Source of the DNA: an uncultured Gammaproteobacteria bacterium
GTDB taxonomy: Bacteria; Patescibacteriota; Microgenomatia; UBA1406; GWC2-37-13
Length of the DNA: 64,000 nt
NCBI GenBank assembly: GCA_964543535.1
Contig: CAZIYS010000001.1
Coordinates: forward strand, 195,159-259,158
Reading direction: 5' to 3'
Shown here: positions 62,771 to 64,000 of the stretch, in pieces
Position numbering within the stretch: position 1 is the stretch's first letter
Layout: every line of letters starts with the position of its first letter
Notes under the pieces: generated by a model
The model's input: only the letters and a program-made list of their open reading frames with translations
What the model was told of the DNA's origin: nothing
The model's database searches: none
Made by a program: the position numbers and the translations under genes

Positions 62771-62989
62771 TTATAATCCTTTTAACAAATTACAAATCTT
62801 AATTTTGAGGACACGGCAGATTTTATTTAATATTTTAACCGATGGATTAGCTTTGCCTTTTTCAATTCGCGAGAGATATGTACGATTAAGGTCACAAAGT
62901 AATGATAGCTGCTCCTGAGTCAGCTTTCTTTTTTTTCTTATCTTAAAAATGATTTCTCCTAAACGCCGGTAGAAGAAATTTTCACGCAT
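62771..62989 (-). CDS. XRE-family HTH regulator (paralog 2)
   Basis: MRENFFYRRLGEIIF...LTQEQLSLLCDLNRTYLSRIEKGKANPS. Collinear with paralog 1. ATG at 62989 preferred. Confidence 0.8.
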   Translation of the reverse strand: MRENFFYRRLGEIIFKIRKKRKLTQEQLSLLCDLNRTYLSRIEKGKANPSVKILNKICRVLKIKICNLLKGL

Positions 62990-63032
62990 ATTGGAAAATA
63001 AGATATAAAAAAATAATATTGAAGTCAATCGC

Positions 63033-63046
63033 TTATAACCTACAAA
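63033..63046. promoter_or_regulatory. half-site copy of the XRE operator
   Basis: ttataacctacaaa is identical to 62673-62686 and sits at the same distance from the second XRE start. Confidence 0.4.
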
Positions 63047-63096
63047 GTATGCGAGTTGGATTATTATGGCAATATATTTTTTACGATAGACCAACA

Positions 63097-63207
63097 AGTC
63101 AAAATTCAAAACTCAAAAGTCAAAAATATAAGTCAAAATTAAAAAGTTTTAATTACTTTTAACTTTTTACTTTAACTTTTGAATTCTAACTTTTTACTTT
63201 TAACTTC
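63097..63207. repeat. low-complexity imperfect inverted repeat (~45-bp arms)
   Basis: Arms are built from aaaagt(c/t)aaaa-type units and are centred near 63149. Confidence 0.5.
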
Positions 63208-63214
63208 ACCTATC

Positions 63215-63229
63215 TGTTATAATTTTTTT
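63215..63229 (+). promoter_or_regulatory. extended -10 (TGtTATAAT) 6 nt from the ATG
   Basis: tgttataat at 63215-63223, then tttttt, then the ATG at 63230. Confidence 0.4.
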
Positions 63230-64000
63230 ATGTCTATCCTTTCCCATCTGCAAATCCGCAATCCAAAAGATGACGAGACGCCGATTGAGTCGGCCACCCA
63301 GATTTTTTCCTCGCTTCTCCCCTATCCTTATATTCCTTTATGGCGGCGGATTTTTGTTCATCCAAAAACCTATGCTTTTGAACTTTATTTTATCTCCCAG
63401 ATTCTTTATTTTTATGTCACCGCACCCTGTGAAAGCGAAATTTTTGTCTCAAGTTTAATTTCCTCATCATTTCCCACCTCAAACGTCAAAAAAACTTCTG
63501 ATCCGATGAATATTATTTTAAAATCTTCTCGATTAACTTATGGCGAAGTAGCTTTAAACTCTTATTTTTACTTGCCAACTAAAACTTATTTTGATTTTAA
63601 AGATGTTGATCCGTTATCATCGCTTTTAGGCTTCCTATCAAAACAGCCGCCTCACTTGAAAATGGCGATTCAGATTGTCATGACACCGGCTTATTTTTCC
63701 TGGGCTGATGAAGCGGTTAAGGCGGCCAAACATTTAGCCTACGACGAAACGGCAGATAAATATGGCCAAAATCCGCAAAAACTCTTAATTATGAAAAAGG
63801 CCTCATTTCAAGGCGGCAAGGTAGCAATTCGGCTCCTTGTGGGATCAACATCAAAAACAATCGACCCATACCCATATTTGACTCAATTAGCCGGAACTTT
63901 TGGAACGTTTTCTTTAGGCGAAGGCAATCAATATATCTTTAAAAAGCGAATTTTTTTCAAAAATAATTTTCTAAAAAGAGTTAAAGAAAGAAAGATTAGC
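63230..64000 (+). CDS. hypothetical protein, N-terminal 257 codons (open to the window end; not in the ORF track)
   Basis: My own translation shows no in-frame stop from 63230 to 64000 in AT-rich DNA: MSILSHLQIRNPKDDETPIESATQIFSSL... Confidence 0.6.
   Translation, partial: MSILSHLQIRNPKDDETPIESATQIFSSLLPYPYIPLWRRIFVHPKTYAFELYFISQILYFYVTAPCESEIFVSSLISSSFPTSNVKKTSDPMNIILKSSRLTYGEVALNSYFYLPTKTYFDFKDVDPLSSLLGFLSKQPPHLKMAIQIVMTPAYFSWADEAVKAAKHLAYDETADKYGQNPQKLLIMKKASFQGGKVAIRLLVGSTSKTIDPYPYLTQLAGTFGTFSLGEGNQYIFKKRIFFKNNFLKRVKERKIS

Overview
This is a low-GC, gene-dense bacterial window. By inference it looks like a reduced Patescibacteria/CPR-type genome: there is a four-helix-bundle (23S-IVS type) gene, many short GC-rich palindromes, and several TATAAT boxes 5-8 nt from the ATG. 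Most genes lie on the minus strand.

Content in order:
- 1-4450: cell-envelope glycosylation genes.
- 7556-19792: a complete de novo pyrimidine operon (pyrB-carA-carB-pyrC-pyrD-pyrE-pyrF plus a UPRT-like gene). It is interrupted by an AbiEi/AbiEii toxin-antitoxin pair and a DUF4143 ATPase, each with its own consensus promoter.
- 19872-20006: tRNA-Leu(CAA) preceded by an orphan tRNA 5' half.
- 20157-20183: an (AAG)9 microsatellite inside a promoter-like TTGACA/TAAAAT pair.
- 20563-22924: an IMPDH-family gene and purA.
- 24735-40398: a 15.6-kb run of about 24 co-directional genes for copper and thiol-redox functions. Recognisable members are csoR, copA, a two-component system, three CcdA-type proteins, thioredoxin-like proteins, cupredoxins and an HMA fusion. 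Unclassified members carry vicinal Cys-Cys motifs. This is my best candidate for an undescribed system.
- 41001-50510: dnaB, tRNA-His, tRNA-Thr, hflX, a LOG-family gene and nadB/nadA/nadC.
- 50534-55900: an atypical stretch with an orphan 354-aa gene, a ~960-bp ORF-free structured locus, a promoter-driven ~300-nt hairpin-rich RNA candidate, and a sharply GC-rich gene for a Cys-rich membrane protein.
- 56049-60728: a second glycosylation cluster.
- 60709-61346: a HepT/MNT toxin-antitoxin cassette flanked by two diverged copies of its host gene's 3' end.
- 61703-63109: a gene flanked by direct repeats, then two tandem XRE regulators.
- 63230-64000: an ORF open to the window end.

Two cross-cutting observations come directly from the sequence. 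First, several families of short hairpin repeats occur both between genes and in frame inside genes (copA, nadB, a CcdA-like gene and two membrane glycosyltransferase-like genes), which resembles Rickettsia palindromic elements. Second, a direct-repeat box with 11-bp periodicity sits in front of five transcription units of the copper island.

All family names come from motif recognition by eye. No database search or RNA folding was run.
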